Below, piece by piece: positions 1 through 9,613 of a DNA stretch of 64,000 nucleotides. Each line of letters opens with the position of its first letter. The first letter of the stretch is position 1. The position numbers and the translations under genes were made by a program. The stretch is from a candidate division FCPU426 bacterium. GTDB taxonomy: Bacteria > Oederibacteriota > Muellerivitia > Muellerivitales > Muellerivitaceae. The stretch covers positions 1 through 64,000 of the forward strand of contig CAWKAR010000026.1 of NCBI GenBank assembly GCA_963847625.1, read 5' to 3'. The notes under the pieces are model-generated. The model was not told where the DNA came from and ran no database searches. It was given only the letters and a program-made list of their open reading frames with translations.

Positions 1-1
1 T

Positions 2-2854
2 GGTAGGCGTGGGAGTCGGGGTAGAGGTAGGCGTACGAGTCGGCGTGCTCGTGGGGGTCTGAGTAGGTGTCGTCGTCGAGGTGGGTGTCGGTGTGCGCGT
101 GGGTGTGTTAGTCGGGGTATTCGTCGGGGTAGGTGAGGGTGTCGTCGTCGGGGTGGATGTTGGCGTGTTCGTGGGCGTGTTGGTTGGCGTATTCGTCGGC
201 GTTGGGGAGGGTGTCATCGTCGGGGTCGGTGTGGACGTGCGCGTGGGCGTGGGGGTCGGGGTATTCGTCGGAGTGGGCGTGGGTGTGATCGTGGGCGTTG
301 GTGTCGGAGTGGGTGTAGAGGTACGAGTTGGCGTGTTGGTTGGGGTGTTCGTGGGCGACGTGGTCCCGGTAGGGCTGAGAGTCGGCGAGGGCGTATTCGT
401 GGGCGTGTTGGTCGGCGTCAGGGTGGGGGTAATGGTAGGCGTGGGGGTCGGCGTAGAGGTAGGCGTCCTCGTGGGCGTGTTGGTCGGGGTCAGTGTGGGG
501 GTTGTAGTGGACGTAGGAGTCGGTGTGAATGTAGGCGTTCTCGTCGGCGTGTTCGTCGGGGTCGTTGTGGGGGTCGTCGTTGGGGTCGGCGTGGGTGTGT
601 TTGTAGGGCTATTTGTAATCGAGTTCGTAGGCGTCGGGGTTGGAGTCCGGGTTGAGGTATCAGTGGCCGTATTAGTTGGCGTCGGGGTAGGAGTTGGTGT
701 CCGGGTTGGGGTGTTCGTAGGAGTATTGGTGGATGTTGGAGTTGGGGTCGATGTGGGCGTGTTTATGGTTGTGTTAGTGGGTGTATTGGTCGGCGTTGAA
801 GTGGGCGTATTCGTCCGGGTCGGGGTGTTCGTGGGAGTATTAGTCTGCGTAGGTGTTGGAGTTGGGCTGTTCGTCGGAGTAGGAGTTGGTGTCCGGGTCG
901 GGGTGTTCGTAGGAGTATTAGTTGGGGTTGGAGTCGGGGTCGATGTGGGCGTGTTTATGGTTGTGTTGGTGGGTGTATTGGTCGGCGTTGAAGTGGGCGT
1001 ATTCGTCCGGGTCGGGGTGTTCGTGGGAGTATTAGTCGGCGTGGGTGTAGGAGTTGGAGAGTTTGTCGGGGTAGGAGTTGGTGTCCGGGTTGGGGTGTTC
1101 GTAGGAGTATTGGTGGGTGTTGGAGTCGGGGTCGATGTGGGCGTGTTTATGGTTGTGTTAGTGGGTGTATTGGTCGGCGTTGAAGTGGGCGTATTCGTCC
1201 GGGTCGGGGTGTTCGTGGGAGTATTAGTCGGCGTGGGTGTTGGAGTTGGACTGTTCGTCGGAGTAGGAGTTGGTGTCCGGGTCGGTGTGTTCGTAGGGGT
1301 ATTGGTCGGCGTGGGTGTGGGTGAAACGGTCGGAGTCGGGGTTGGGGTCGGCGTCCGGGTCGGTGTGTTCGTGGGAGTATTAGTCAGCGTGGGTGTAGGC
1401 GAAACGGTTGGAGTCGGGGTGGGCGTATTTGTCCGAGTCGGAGTATTCGTGGGGGTATAGGTAGGCGTCGGGGTGGGTGAGATAGTCGGGGTCGGAGTCG
1501 GGGTAAGCGTCGAAGTGCGGGTCGGTGTGTTCGAGGGAGTGGGAGTCGGCGACACCGTGTTGGTCGGGGTCGAAGTGTTGGTGCGGGTCGGGGTGTTGGT
1601 CGGGGTGGGCGAAGGGGTGGGAGTAGGCGTGTTAGTCGGGGTGTTGGTGCGGGTCGGGGTGTTCGTTGGCGTCAAGGTGTTGGTCGGAGTGTTGGTGCGG
1701 GTCGGGGTAAATGTGAGGGTATAAGTGTTAGTAATGGTGTAAGTGTAAGTATAGGTGAAGGTGGGGGTGGCATTGCATCCTCCCGCGACCGAAACCCAGT
1801 TGCTGGCGGTGGCTTGGCTGGCGTTGTTCCAGCTGACCCCGGCGGTATTCTGAATGGAACAGGGGGAATTCGTTTCCGAATCCACATAGGAGATGGGTAC
1901 CAGGATCGTGACACAAGCGCCCTTTCCCCCAAATCCCAAGGGGAAGGAAAAATAAACCGAGGGGTTGTTGGCGGTGACGTTATAAAACTGAGTCACCCCA
2001 TCATAAGAAGGAAAGCCCCCGCTATAGCCTCCATGTCCGTTGTTGACGACGGTATCCCAAATTGTGACGGGGGTATTGACGGGCGCCCCGTTGTTGCAAA
2101 CGACGAGGGTATAGGGTTCCTGACCCGAGCTATAGGATATGGGCCAGGCGGTAAAGCCCGCGAGTTTCTGGATCGTGAAGGTAGGCGGTGTATAGGTTTG
2201 GGGATTGAGAACGAAGCTTCCCCGGTAATAGATGATCTGGCAGGCATTGGTGGATGTGGCCGTGGCATTGTCGGATGTGTACCGTTGCATCTGGCCCGTT
2301 TGGGGGTTGTACATGGGCATCAGCCATTGGTCGGCCACGCTGGTAAAAACAATATTGTTGACCGGGGTGCCGGTGAAATAATGGGTGATGGAGGCTGGGG
2401 CGTAATTTGGCGAATACCAGGCGTTGCCCGAGCCGTCCGCCGCGGGGGGGGTGGTGCAGGAAGTGTCGTCGTACATGACGTAGCCCGAGTCGGTATTGGA
2501 AAGATAAGCGTGGTTTCCGTTGGTGCAGGTGATGTCGATCACCCAGGCGGCCATGATGACGCTGTTCTGGAGGTTGATGTTTTCCACGGAGACGATGTTG
2601 GTGACCGCGTTGATGTCACCCACGGGGATGGGAATGACGGGCAGGGTCCCGGAGGCCGCGTTGACAAAGGAAATGGGTGTGGAAGTGATCAGGTTCCCGT
2701 TGATCCAAACATTCATTTCGTCGTCCGCCGAAGCGTAAAGCGTGGCCGCCGTCGGAGTGCATTGGGCCCAAAGCTGATTCACGGGAATGATGACCTGCCA
2801 AACTAGCAGGAAGCCAAAAACGATTTTAAATAAGGCTGAAATACGCTTTTTCAA
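2..2854 (-). CDS. Large secreted Thr/Pro-stalk surface protein (N-terminal beta-rich/lectin-like and DUF11-like domains); 3' end lies beyond the window start
   Basis: Not in the ORF track because it runs off the edge. Manual translation from TTG at 2854 gives [56 protein letters not shown]..., followed by about 590 aa of TPT(N/R) repeats from ~1770 to the edge. The N-terminus resembles 49987..55284 (AQCTV...[11 protein letters not shown]). Confidence 0.85.
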   Translation of the reverse strand, partial: MKKRISALFKIVFGFLLVWQVIIPVNQLWAQCTPTAATLYASADDEMNVWINGNLITSTPISFVNAASGTLPVIPIPVGDINAVTNIVSVENINLQNSVIMAAWVIDITCTNGNHAYLSNTDSGYVMYDDTSCTTPPAADGSGNAWYSPNYAPASITHYFTGTPVNNIVFTSVADQWLMPMYNPQTGQMQRYTSDNATATSTNACQIIYYRGSFVLNPQTYTPPTFTIQKLAGFTAWPISYSSGQEPYTLVVCNNGAPVNTPVTIWDTVVNNGHGGYSGGFPSYDGVTQFYNVTANNPSVYFSFPLGFGGKGACVTILVPISYVDSETNSPCSIQNTAGVSWNNASQATASNWVSVAGGCNATPTFTYTYTYTITNTYTLTFTPTRTNTPTNTLTPTNTPTRTNTPTNTPTPTPSPTPTNTPTRTNTSTPTNTVSPTPTPSNTPTRTSTLTPTPTPTISPTPTPTYTPTNTPTRTNTPTPTPTVSPTPTLTNTPTNTPTRTPTPTPTPTVSPTPTPTNTPTNTPTRTPTPTPTNSPTPTPTPTNTPTNTPTRTNTPTSTPTNTPTNTTINTPTSTPTPTPTNTPTNTPTRTPTPTPTNSPTPTPTPTNTPTNTPTRTNTPTSTPTNTPTNTTINTPTSTPTPTPTNTPTNTPTRTPTPTPTNSPTPTPTQTNTPTNTPTRTNTPTSTPTNTPTNTTINTPTSTPTPTSTNTPTNTPTRTPTPTPTPTNTATDTSTRTPTPTPTNSITNSPTNTPTPTPTTTPTTTPTNTPTRTPTFTPTPTSTTTPTLTPTNTPTRTPTSTPTPTPTITPTLTPTNTPTNTPSPTLSPTGTTSPTNTPTNTPTRTSTPTPTPTPTITPTPTPTNTPTPTPTRTSTPTPTMTPSPTPTNTPTNTPTNTPTSTPTTTPSPTPTNTPTNTPTRTPTPTSTTTPTQTPTSTPTRTPTSTPTPTPT
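699..1274. repeat. Three tandem ~192-bp (64-aa) higher-order repeats inside the Thr/Pro stalk
   Basis: The marker gtttatggttgtgtt recurs at about 761, 953 and 1145 with near-identical flanks. Confidence 0.85.
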
Positions 2855-3095
2855 AGCATTTTCTCTTTACCTGTTCCAGGGATTTAAGCTCAAAGGAACT
2901 CACGATTTTGTTTGTTGTTTTAATTATATCGCTCCCCCCCGCTTCTTACACCCTTAACCCGGGTTTCAAGCGGAGATATTGATTGATAGCATAGAGAAAT
3001 TCGGGGTCAAGAGGGAGTTCCCCCGATTTAATGGACAATTCAGGACTGCTTAAACACCCCACGCCAAAAACCGGTTCCAACCCGCTTCTGGGTTT

Positions 3096-3710
3096 TCATT
3101 TCGGGGGAAATTCATGGGTGACAGTGACATAACCGGGATACTCCAGCGCTTGGCCCGAGATGGTCATGGAAGGTTTCACCTGCAGGGTCAGCTTGGTGGG
3201 CTTGCTCCCTTCCCCGGCGATATTCATGGCCAGGTTGACCATCGAATCCATGGTCTTCCCCGAGAGCGCCTTTTCAAGATCAAGGTTAACATCCAGGGGA
3301 AGGATCCCAACCCCTCCGTTGGGGGCGAACACGACGGCCTTCTCCAATGTTCCTGTAGTCAGTTGGTTGCCGTCTATGAGCAGAATCCACTCCATCCTGC
3401 TCATGCCGGCGGGAGAGGCGTTCGGATTCTGAACTTCCAGGTTGAGCGTGAAGTTGAGCGGCAGGGACCCCGACGCGAAGGCCTCCTGAAGCCTGGCGAG
3501 GTCCGCCAGGCCGAGGTCGTTGATGCTGGTGCCCTGGAGGCCGATACCTGCCAGGGACACCTTTTCCACCGAGGCCAGCCTGAACTGGCACTTGGAAAAG
3601 GTGGCCATTTCATTGATTTGTTTCATCACATCGGCGCAGCCGGAAAAAACAAACGCGCCTTAGAAAATTAAAGCTAAAAACCAAATCCGCGCTTGGTTTG
3701 GATGTTTCAT
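3096..3710 (-). pseudogene. LEA type 2 / WHy-like lipoprotein with an in-frame TAA in its signal peptide
   Basis: AAGGA RBS and ATG at 3710 give MKHPNQARIWFLALIF*GAFVFSG|CADVMKQ..., in frame with ORF 3096..3629. Lipobox FSGC; LEA_2-like motif LNLEVQNPN. Confidence 0.65.
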
Positions 3711-3898
3711 GTGTTTCCTTCTTTCATGAATCGAGATTTATTAGGGCAAAAAAGACATTACCTTTCATCCATAAAAAGACCCCGCTTTCGTGCCCATTAT
3801 AAAAGTAAAACTTTTCAGTTGGACCAGTTTTTGGGGGGCAGGTCGCGGACATCTCCGGCTTTTAAAATAAAACCTCTGGCGAGACAATCAGGAGAGTA

Positions 3899-4270
3899 TT
3901 AAGCAGGGGAACCAGCTTGGGCCATATATTCTTTCAAGCATTCCACGTCTTCATTCAGCATCTCGATAAAATGAAGACCGGCGCCAGTATTATTCACCCA
4001 AACCACTTCGGCAAAAAGGGTCAACGGCTCCGGTTTGTTAGGCAATTTCATATCAAAGCGGGCCACGCTGCCCAAAAGGAATTTTTGATCCACAACAATA
4101 TGCATGCCGCTCACGCTCAAGTCTAGGACCTCGGCATTTTTTTCCTGTAACCGCCATTGGACGATATGTTCGAATTCCCCCTCATCTTTGGCCAAATAAT
4201 ATTGGACAGGAATCTTGACCGAAATTCTCGGGTGCTCCCTTTTTTCCAAAAACATATTCGCTTCAGGCAT
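3899..4270 (-). CDS. Stand-alone PilZ domain protein (c-di-GMP receptor)
   Basis: RxxxR (REHPR) and DxSxxG (DLSVSG) motifs. Confidence 0.9.
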   Translation of the reverse strand: MPEANMFLEKREHPRISVKIPVQYYLAKDEGEFEHIVQWRLQEKNAEVLDLSVSGMHIVVDQKFLLGSVARFDMKLPNKPEPLTLFAEVVWVNNTGAGLHFIEMLNEDVECLKEYMAQAGSPA

Positions 4271-4553
4271 AGGCCCCCCGCAAAATTTTCCATATTTTGT
4301 TAGAACAGTCCCAGATAAGTTTATCTGGAAACAACGCCAAGTGATTTGTTATTCATTATACTATCTCCCGCTTTTCCACTTCCACCATAGTTTTTCCTGC
4401 CGCCAGAGAGGATGCTGTGGCCTTATAAATTCAGCTCTGCAACGGTTGTGTTTCGGCGCGAATCCTCATCTTGAAAATATAAAACCCGCCTGAATGGTTC
4501 AGATGGGCTGGCTTGTGCCGATTCTACGTAAAACAGTTAATGAAAGCAGGATT

Positions 4554-5798
4554 TTACGGTTTGGGCGGCGGCTCGTTCACCGGATGGGCCTTGACGGTCA
4601 ATTGGACCATGGGGCTTTCTTGTCCACCTTCACCCACAGTGGTCACGCCCACGATGTAATCGGCTCCACTTGACAATTTTTTAAGATTGACCGTGGTCTG
4701 GTTCAGGGGTTTGGAAGTGATCCGGATTAAAGCCTGACTGCCGGCCTTTTTTACATAGAGGTTGTACCCCATCACACCCTTTTCTTGGACGGTATTCCAG
4801 GAGAGAGAAAGGCCCTCCTCCGTGGGGTTGGCTAAAAATCCGGTGGGGGCATCCAATTCCTCCCCTATTTTGGGGCCGAACTGGAAAGAAAGAGAAAGCT
4901 GGTTGCCCATGCCCAGGTCCCCGATCGTGGTCAGGGCATAAGCCAATTCCGCTTGGCCCCACTTAACCCCCGCCCCGGCCGAGAAACCCGTCAGGCCCGT
5001 TAGGTTCCCATAAGGCGCGAACCTGTATCCCGCCCGCAACGCCAAAAACCCCTTGTACCAATACTCCATGCCCACGCTCGCTGTGGACAATTCGGTGACC
5101 TGCAAATTGATATTTCCGTCGCCAGCCAGGGCCAATTGGTGTTCTTCGCCGGGGTTGGTCTGGTAGGCCCCGGCGACATCGAGGGCCATGGGAAGGTTTG
5201 CGTTATCCAGTGTCCCTCCCACGTTTAAAAGCGCCATCCCGAAAGCCAGGCCCGCTTGCGGTATCCGGTATTTCAGCCCCAAATCACCCGCCACTGTTGA
5301 AGTATTGTCGTTTTGGAGGTTCTGCAGGATGACCTTGGCATCCACCCCGACGAGGAAGTTTTTCGCCGCTTCCATGCCGAACCCGCCGTAAAGGTTCATC
5401 CCGGTGGGGGAAATAGACCCGTTGGGAACCGGCATGTCGGAGGAGTTCAGGTTATAAAGGTCCACTTTCCCGAAATCCAAATAGTCGCCCCCCAGTGCCG
5501 CTCCCCTTGACTCCCCGAACCCATGGCCATAGCAGAGATGTTCCAACCCCAGGCTTTGGGCCCAACTGTTGTGGAGGATGGTGATTTGGTCGCCGGATAG
5601 CTGCCCCAGGCCCGCGGGGTTTACCCCCAGCGCATCCGTGCCCTCGGCCAGCGCTCCAAACGCGCCTGCGAGCGCGGCTTGGCGTGTGCTAGTGGGAATT
5701 AGGAGCCATGAAGCCGCGACACTGGCCAGGTTCGCGGCTCCCGCGTTGCAGGCCAACCCCAAGGCCATCAAGGCCAGGCAATAAGTCGTCTTTTTCAT
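4554..5798 (-). CDS. PorV/PorQ-family outer-membrane beta-barrel with C-terminal fibronectin type III domain
   Basis: Signal peptide; RQAALAGAFGALA...NPAGL motif; EYWY...ALRAGY; FN3-like LSWNT...GYNLY tail. Confidence 0.8.
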   Translation of the reverse strand: MKKTTYCLALMALGLACNAGAANLASVAASWLLIPTSTRQAALAGAFGALAEGTDALGVNPAGLGQLSGDQITILHNSWAQSLGLEHLCYGHGFGESRGAALGGDYLDFGKVDLYNLNSSDMPVPNGSISPTGMNLYGGFGMEAAKNFLVGVDAKVILQNLQNDNTSTVAGDLGLKYRIPQAGLAFGMALLNVGGTLDNANLPMALDVAGAYQTNPGEEHQLALAGDGNINLQVTELSTASVGMEYWYKGFLALRAGYRFAPYGNLTGLTGFSAGAGVKWGQAELAYALTTIGDLGMGNQLSLSFQFGPKIGEELDAPTGFLANPTEEGLSLSWNTVQEKGVMGYNLYVKKAGSQALIRITSKPLNQTTVNLKKLSSGADYIVGVTTVGEGGQESPMVQLTVKAHPVNEPPPKP

Positions 5799-5815
5799 TT
5801 GATCGGCGCTTTCCT

Positions 5816-6928
5816 TTACCGAATTACCAGAATTTTCTTCCAGTCAATGGAGGCGGTCCCATCGGCGTAATCCACTTCCAACCGAACCAAGTAAACCCCC
5901 GGCGCCACGCCTGTCGTATCCCAGCAGTTTTTCGGGAATCCGTTAAAGTCCAGGTTCGCCAGGGATTCCCCGGTGAAATTGTATACCTCCCAATGGCTTC
6001 CGGCGATGGCCCTGTCCGGATAAAGGCAGATCTTCTCCCCGCTATGCACAGGTACCGGGGCCAAAACTGTTTTTCCAAGGCCCGACAGGATTTCGGTGGG
6101 TGTCATGGTGAATGTGGGGGTAATCGTGGGCGTCTGGGTGAGGGTGGGTGTATTCGTCGGTGTCGGCGTTGAGGTTTTTGTAGGCGTAAAAGTGGGCGTG
6201 GGAGTCGCTGTTATGGAACAGGTATAAGCTGTAAAATTCGAGAACTCGGATTGGTTGGTCGAGTGGATATAGCCGCCCCGGATTCCCACGGCTCCGCTCG
6301 TGTAAGTGGAGTCGGTCACGTCGAAAATCATCTGGTTGTTAACGTAGCATTTGAAATCGGTCCCGCAGCAAACGACTTTCAGGGTGACCGAGCTTCCGTA
6401 CGTGTAAGCCGGCGTGGCCGAGTTGGCGAGGTAATTCCAGGAAGTGCTCGTATGGTACTCGACCTGCCACTCTTGCCCTGTGGTTTCGTTCCATTGGAAC
6501 GAATAAAAGTCCCCACCGTCTTGGGCGCGGAAGATGACGCCGATGATCCCGCTGTTTCCCGCCTGGGCCATGTTCACGACGCACTGGACGGTGTAATCGC
6601 TCAAGACATGGCTGAAATTGGAGTCCGTAACCAATATTTGTTCGGGGCTGTAATTGGAACCATAGGGCGCATCGATCAAATACCCGCCGGAAACGCTGAA
6701 ATAATTCGCGTAATTCGGATCCGTCGCGCCGGTATCACCGATATAAAAATTGTAATTGGACAGACTGGCGTTCGAGGAATAGGTGTCCTGGAATAGAACT
6801 CCTCCGGGACTACCGCAGCAAGACACCGGTGTCAGGGTAGGGGTCTGGCCGTAAGCCAAACCGGACGATCCCGCTAAAACAAGGGCGCATGAAAACATGA
6901 AATAGAGATGATCACGGATAGTTTTCAT
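5816..6928 (-). CDS. Secreted ConA/DUF1080-like beta-sandwich protein with short Thr/Pro linker and T9SS-like C-terminal sorting domain
   Basis: Likely start MKTIRD at 6928 (ORF track starts at 6985). Signal peptide; GVIFRAQD...DSTYTSGAVG; C-terminal LAPVPV...VYNFTGE...WDTTGVAPGVYLVRL. Confidence 0.75.
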   Translation of the reverse strand: MKTIRDHLYFMFSCALVLAGSSGLAYGQTPTLTPVSCCGSPGGVLFQDTYSSNASLSNYNFYIGDTGATDPNYANYFSVSGGYLIDAPYGSNYSPEQILVTDSNFSHVLSDYTVQCVVNMAQAGNSGIIGVIFRAQDGGDFYSFQWNETTGQEWQVEYHTSTSWNYLANSATPAYTYGSSVTLKVVCCGTDFKCYVNNQMIFDVTDSTYTSGAVGIRGGYIHSTNQSEFSNFTAYTCSITATPTPTFTPTKTSTPTPTNTPTLTQTPTITPTFTMTPTEILSGLGKTVLAPVPVHSGEKICLYPDRAIAGSHWEVYNFTGESLANLDFNGFPKNCWDTTGVAPGVYLVRLEVDYADGTASIDWKKILVIR

Positions 6929-7183
6929 AGTTACCTTATCAACATCAAGCATGCAAATAATGAAATCTAAGTTTAGCGTATTCATGGGTCAAAACAATTA
7001 AAATAAAATTTCCTCTTTATGGCGTCCCATTCCATGTAATTTGAGTATATTTGGGCTAGTAATAATTTGACCTATCCATGTAGAAGATTCGCTATTACAA
7101 GGAAGCAGGGTTTTGTGTTGGATTCAACAATGAAGGGGAGTGCGAAAAATCTTGGATCGCGAAGAGTTAAGCTCCCAGGGCCT

Positions 7184-7259
7184 TGGTGAGTCGGCCGGGG
7201 ATCGAACCCGGGACACCTACATTAAAAGTGTAGTGCTCTACCAACTGAGCTACCGACTC
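7184..7259 (-). tRNA. tRNA-Lys (UUU)
   Basis: GAGTCGG acceptor stem, TAGCTCAGTTGGTAGAGC D-arm, CTACA-CTTTTAA-TGTAG anticodon arm, GGTTCGATCCC T-arm, encoded CCA. Confidence 0.97.
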
Positions 7260-7283
7260 ACCCAAACCCTGGAATAAAAAAGT

Positions 7284-8600
7284 TCAGTTCTTCCTGAAAA
7301 TCCTGGTCCGGTCCTGGCCCACGGAAATCCACCTGATCGGGACTTCCACATATTTTTCAATCGCGTCCAGATACCTTCTGGCTTCCACGGGGAGATCCGC
7401 AAGCCGGGTGACGTAGGACAAGTCCCCATCCCAACCCTTCATTTCGGTATAGACCGGCTCACACTTCAAAAGCTCCGACAGGCTGGCCAGGAATTCCCCA
7501 GTCGTCTTTTTCCCAATCTTATAGGCCCTGCACAATTTGAGGGACTTCACCGTGCTAAGCACGTCCAACTTGGTGATCAGCAAGCCGGTAAAACCGTTGA
7601 TCCGGCAGGCATATTTCAGGGCGACGAGGTCCATCCAGCCGCAGCGCCTGGGCCTTCCGGTCGTGGCTCCGAACTCACCGCCCTTCTGACGGATCCGGTT
7701 CCCGAAAGTTTCCTCCATCTCGGAGGGAAAAGGCCCCTCCCCCACCCGGGTGGTATAGGCCTTGGCCACGCCGTAAATCTCATCCAGGAATTGGGGCCCG
7801 ATGCCCAATCCGGTGCAGACACCCCCCACGCTGGCGCTGGAAGAAGTGACATAGGGATAGGTCCCGAAATCCACGTCTAGGAGGGTCCCCTGGGCCCCCT
7901 CCGCCAGGAAATTCTTCCCCGCTTCCAGCTTTTCCCGAAGATACTTCGTCGTGTCCCGGACGAGCGGCTTGATCCGGGGAAAAGTCTTCAGGTACTCATC
8001 GGCGATTTTATCAGCGTTCGCGAGGGCGGAACCGTAATAATTCTTGAGCCAGAAATTTTTCTCCTTCACGATTTCCCTCAGTTTTTTCCGGAAATCCGAC
8101 GCCGAGAAGAAATCGCACACCCTCAGGCCGACCCGGGCCATTTTGTCCATGTAAGCCGGCCCGATGCCACGGTTCGTCGTGCCGATCTTACCAGCGCCCT
8201 TTCGGTTTTCGGAGGCCCCGTCCAGCATGCGGTGGTAGGGCATGAGTATCTGGGCCCTGTCGCTGATGATCAGGTGGCCGTCCAACTTCACGCCGGCTTT
8301 CTTGAGGGAATCCATTTCGCCCAACAACGCCACCGGGTCCAGGACCACGCCGTTACCGATCAGGCAGAGCTTGCCGTCATGGAGAATGCCCGAGGGAATC
8401 TGGTGGAACACTATTTTCCGGCCCTCGGCCACCACCGTGTGGCCGGCATTGCTGCCGCCCTGATAACGGGCCACGATGTCCACCTGTTCGGTCAGGACAT
8501 CCACCATCTTGGCCTTGCCCTCATCGCCCCACTGGGCTCCAATGATGACCAGGTTCTTCTTTTGGCGGACCGCGTGTTTTTTAACGTTTTTACGAGCCAT
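7284..8600 (-). CDS. purA: Adenylosuccinate synthetase
   Basis: GAQWGDEGK, GGSNAGHTV, GEFGATTGRPRRCGW motifs. Confidence 0.98.
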   Translation of the reverse strand: MARKNVKKHAVRQKKNLVIIGAQWGDEGKAKMVDVLTEQVDIVARYQGGSNAGHTVVAEGRKIVFHQIPSGILHDGKLCLIGNGVVLDPVALLGEMDSLKKAGVKLDGHLIISDRAQILMPYHRMLDGASENRKGAGKIGTTNRGIGPAYMDKMARVGLRVCDFFSASDFRKKLREIVKEKNFWLKNYYGSALANADKIADEYLKTFPRIKPLVRDTTKYLREKLEAGKNFLAEGAQGTLLDVDFGTYPYVTSSSASVGGVCTGLGIGPQFLDEIYGVAKAYTTRVGEGPFPSEMEETFGNRIRQKGGEFGATTGRPRRCGWMDLVALKYACRINGFTGLLITKLDVLSTVKSLKLCRAYKIGKKTTGEFLASLSELLKCEPVYTEMKGWDGDLSYVTRLADLPVEARRYLDAIEKYVEVPIRWISVGQDRTRIFRKN

Positions 8601-8631
8601 TTTTTTCCCCGGATTTCAGGCCATACCGGAC

Positions 8632-8696
8632 AAAAAAAAACCCTGCCAATGAGGGCAGAGTTGGAAAACCCCTGAAATCGTGCCCATCTTAAGGCA
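8632..8696 (-). promoter_or_regulatory. Intrinsic terminator / candidate attenuator in the purA leader
   Basis: Minus-strand CTCTGCC-CTCATT-GGCAGGG followed by T9 ends about 30 nt before the purA ATG. An upstream GGGCA can pair with the terminator 5' arm. Confidence 0.55.
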
Positions 8697-8859
8697 ATCC
8701 ACCCCTTAAAACAAGGGGGGTTTATCTTTCTCCGTGACTCTTTAAAGCCCGCTACGGCCGGGGTTGAATCAGTCAAATTCAAAGACGCGGTGAATGGGCT
8801 TATAATGTGGCATCAAGCGCCGGATGGGATGCCGCGAATTTCATATGAACGGATGGATC

Positions 8860-9567
8860 ATGAGGAAGGTATTTTTGGGAATTGCCCTGTGGATGGGATT
8901 GGCTTGCCTGTCCCCCATCCAAGCCTTTTCCATCGGCCCGGTGGGCGGGGCCAATTATTCCAGCATCCCGGACTTGCCCAACACCCAGACCCTGACGGAT
9001 TTGCTTCCCGCTTGGTCCGAAGGCCTTTACCTGGATTTTTCGCTGGCTCAGTACTTTTTTTTACAAACCGAACTGCGGGTCACCGGGAAGGGCACCTACA
9101 ATAAGGAGCAGGTCATCGTCACGGGAAACGCGGGCCTTCCCATCGGCTACTTCCAGCAACTCGAATCCATCAGCCTGAATTACCTTGAAATCCCCGTCAT
9201 GTTGAAACTCGAGGACAATGCGGCTCCCGATTGGAGGGTCCACGTTTTTGGGGGGCCTTACATCGCTTATTTGGTGGGGGCCGGCGACCATATCGATACC
9301 GTCGGGAACGGCTTCGTCCAGGACGATTCGGAGGATTTCAACATCATCGATAAATTCAACCGCTGGGACTACGGCCTGGTTTTCGGGGTGGGACTTGTGT
9401 TCCAGAAAACCTTCGTGGATTTCCGTTTCGACCTGGGGCTAACTGGCCTCCTCAAGAATACCACCCCGACCAACTATCAGGGGCCGAACGTATTCCTCCA
9501 GGGCTTCAACCAGCCCAACCTTCAAAACCGCACTTTTTCGCTCTTATTCGGTTACGAGTTTTTTTAA
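8860..9567 (+). CDS. PorT-like / porin-family outer-membrane beta-barrel (OMP_b-brl_2)
   Basis: Signal peptide; GPVGGANYS; LNYLEIPVMLK; C-terminal GYEFF beta-signal. Confidence 0.8.
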   Translation: MRKVFLGIALWMGLACLSPIQAFSIGPVGGANYSSIPDLPNTQTLTDLLPAWSEGLYLDFSLAQYFFLQTELRVTGKGTYNKEQVIVTGNAGLPIGYFQQLESISLNYLEIPVMLKLEDNAAPDWRVHVFGGPYIAYLVGAGDHIDTVGNGFVQDDSEDFNIIDKFNRWDYGLVFGVGLVFQKTFVDFRFDLGLTGLLKNTTPTNYQGPNVFLQGFNQPNLQNRTFSLLFGYEFF

Positions 9568-9613
9568 TCCAAAAATCGAAAATTCCAACTCGCCTATTCC
9601 CCACTAATCGATT

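Noticed and set aside
81..1724. Val/Gly-rich plus-strand ORFs (459 aa, 83 aa)
   Set aside because: Antisense shadows of Thr/Pro codons; the real gene is on the minus strand.
3660..3662. Alternative genetic code (stop-codon reassignment)
   Set aside because: TAA, TAG and TGA all end conserved genes at the expected lengths in this window.
7184..7259. tRNA-Lys or tRNA-Gly as island integration sites
   Set aside because: No duplicated tRNA 3' end and no integrase seen within the window.
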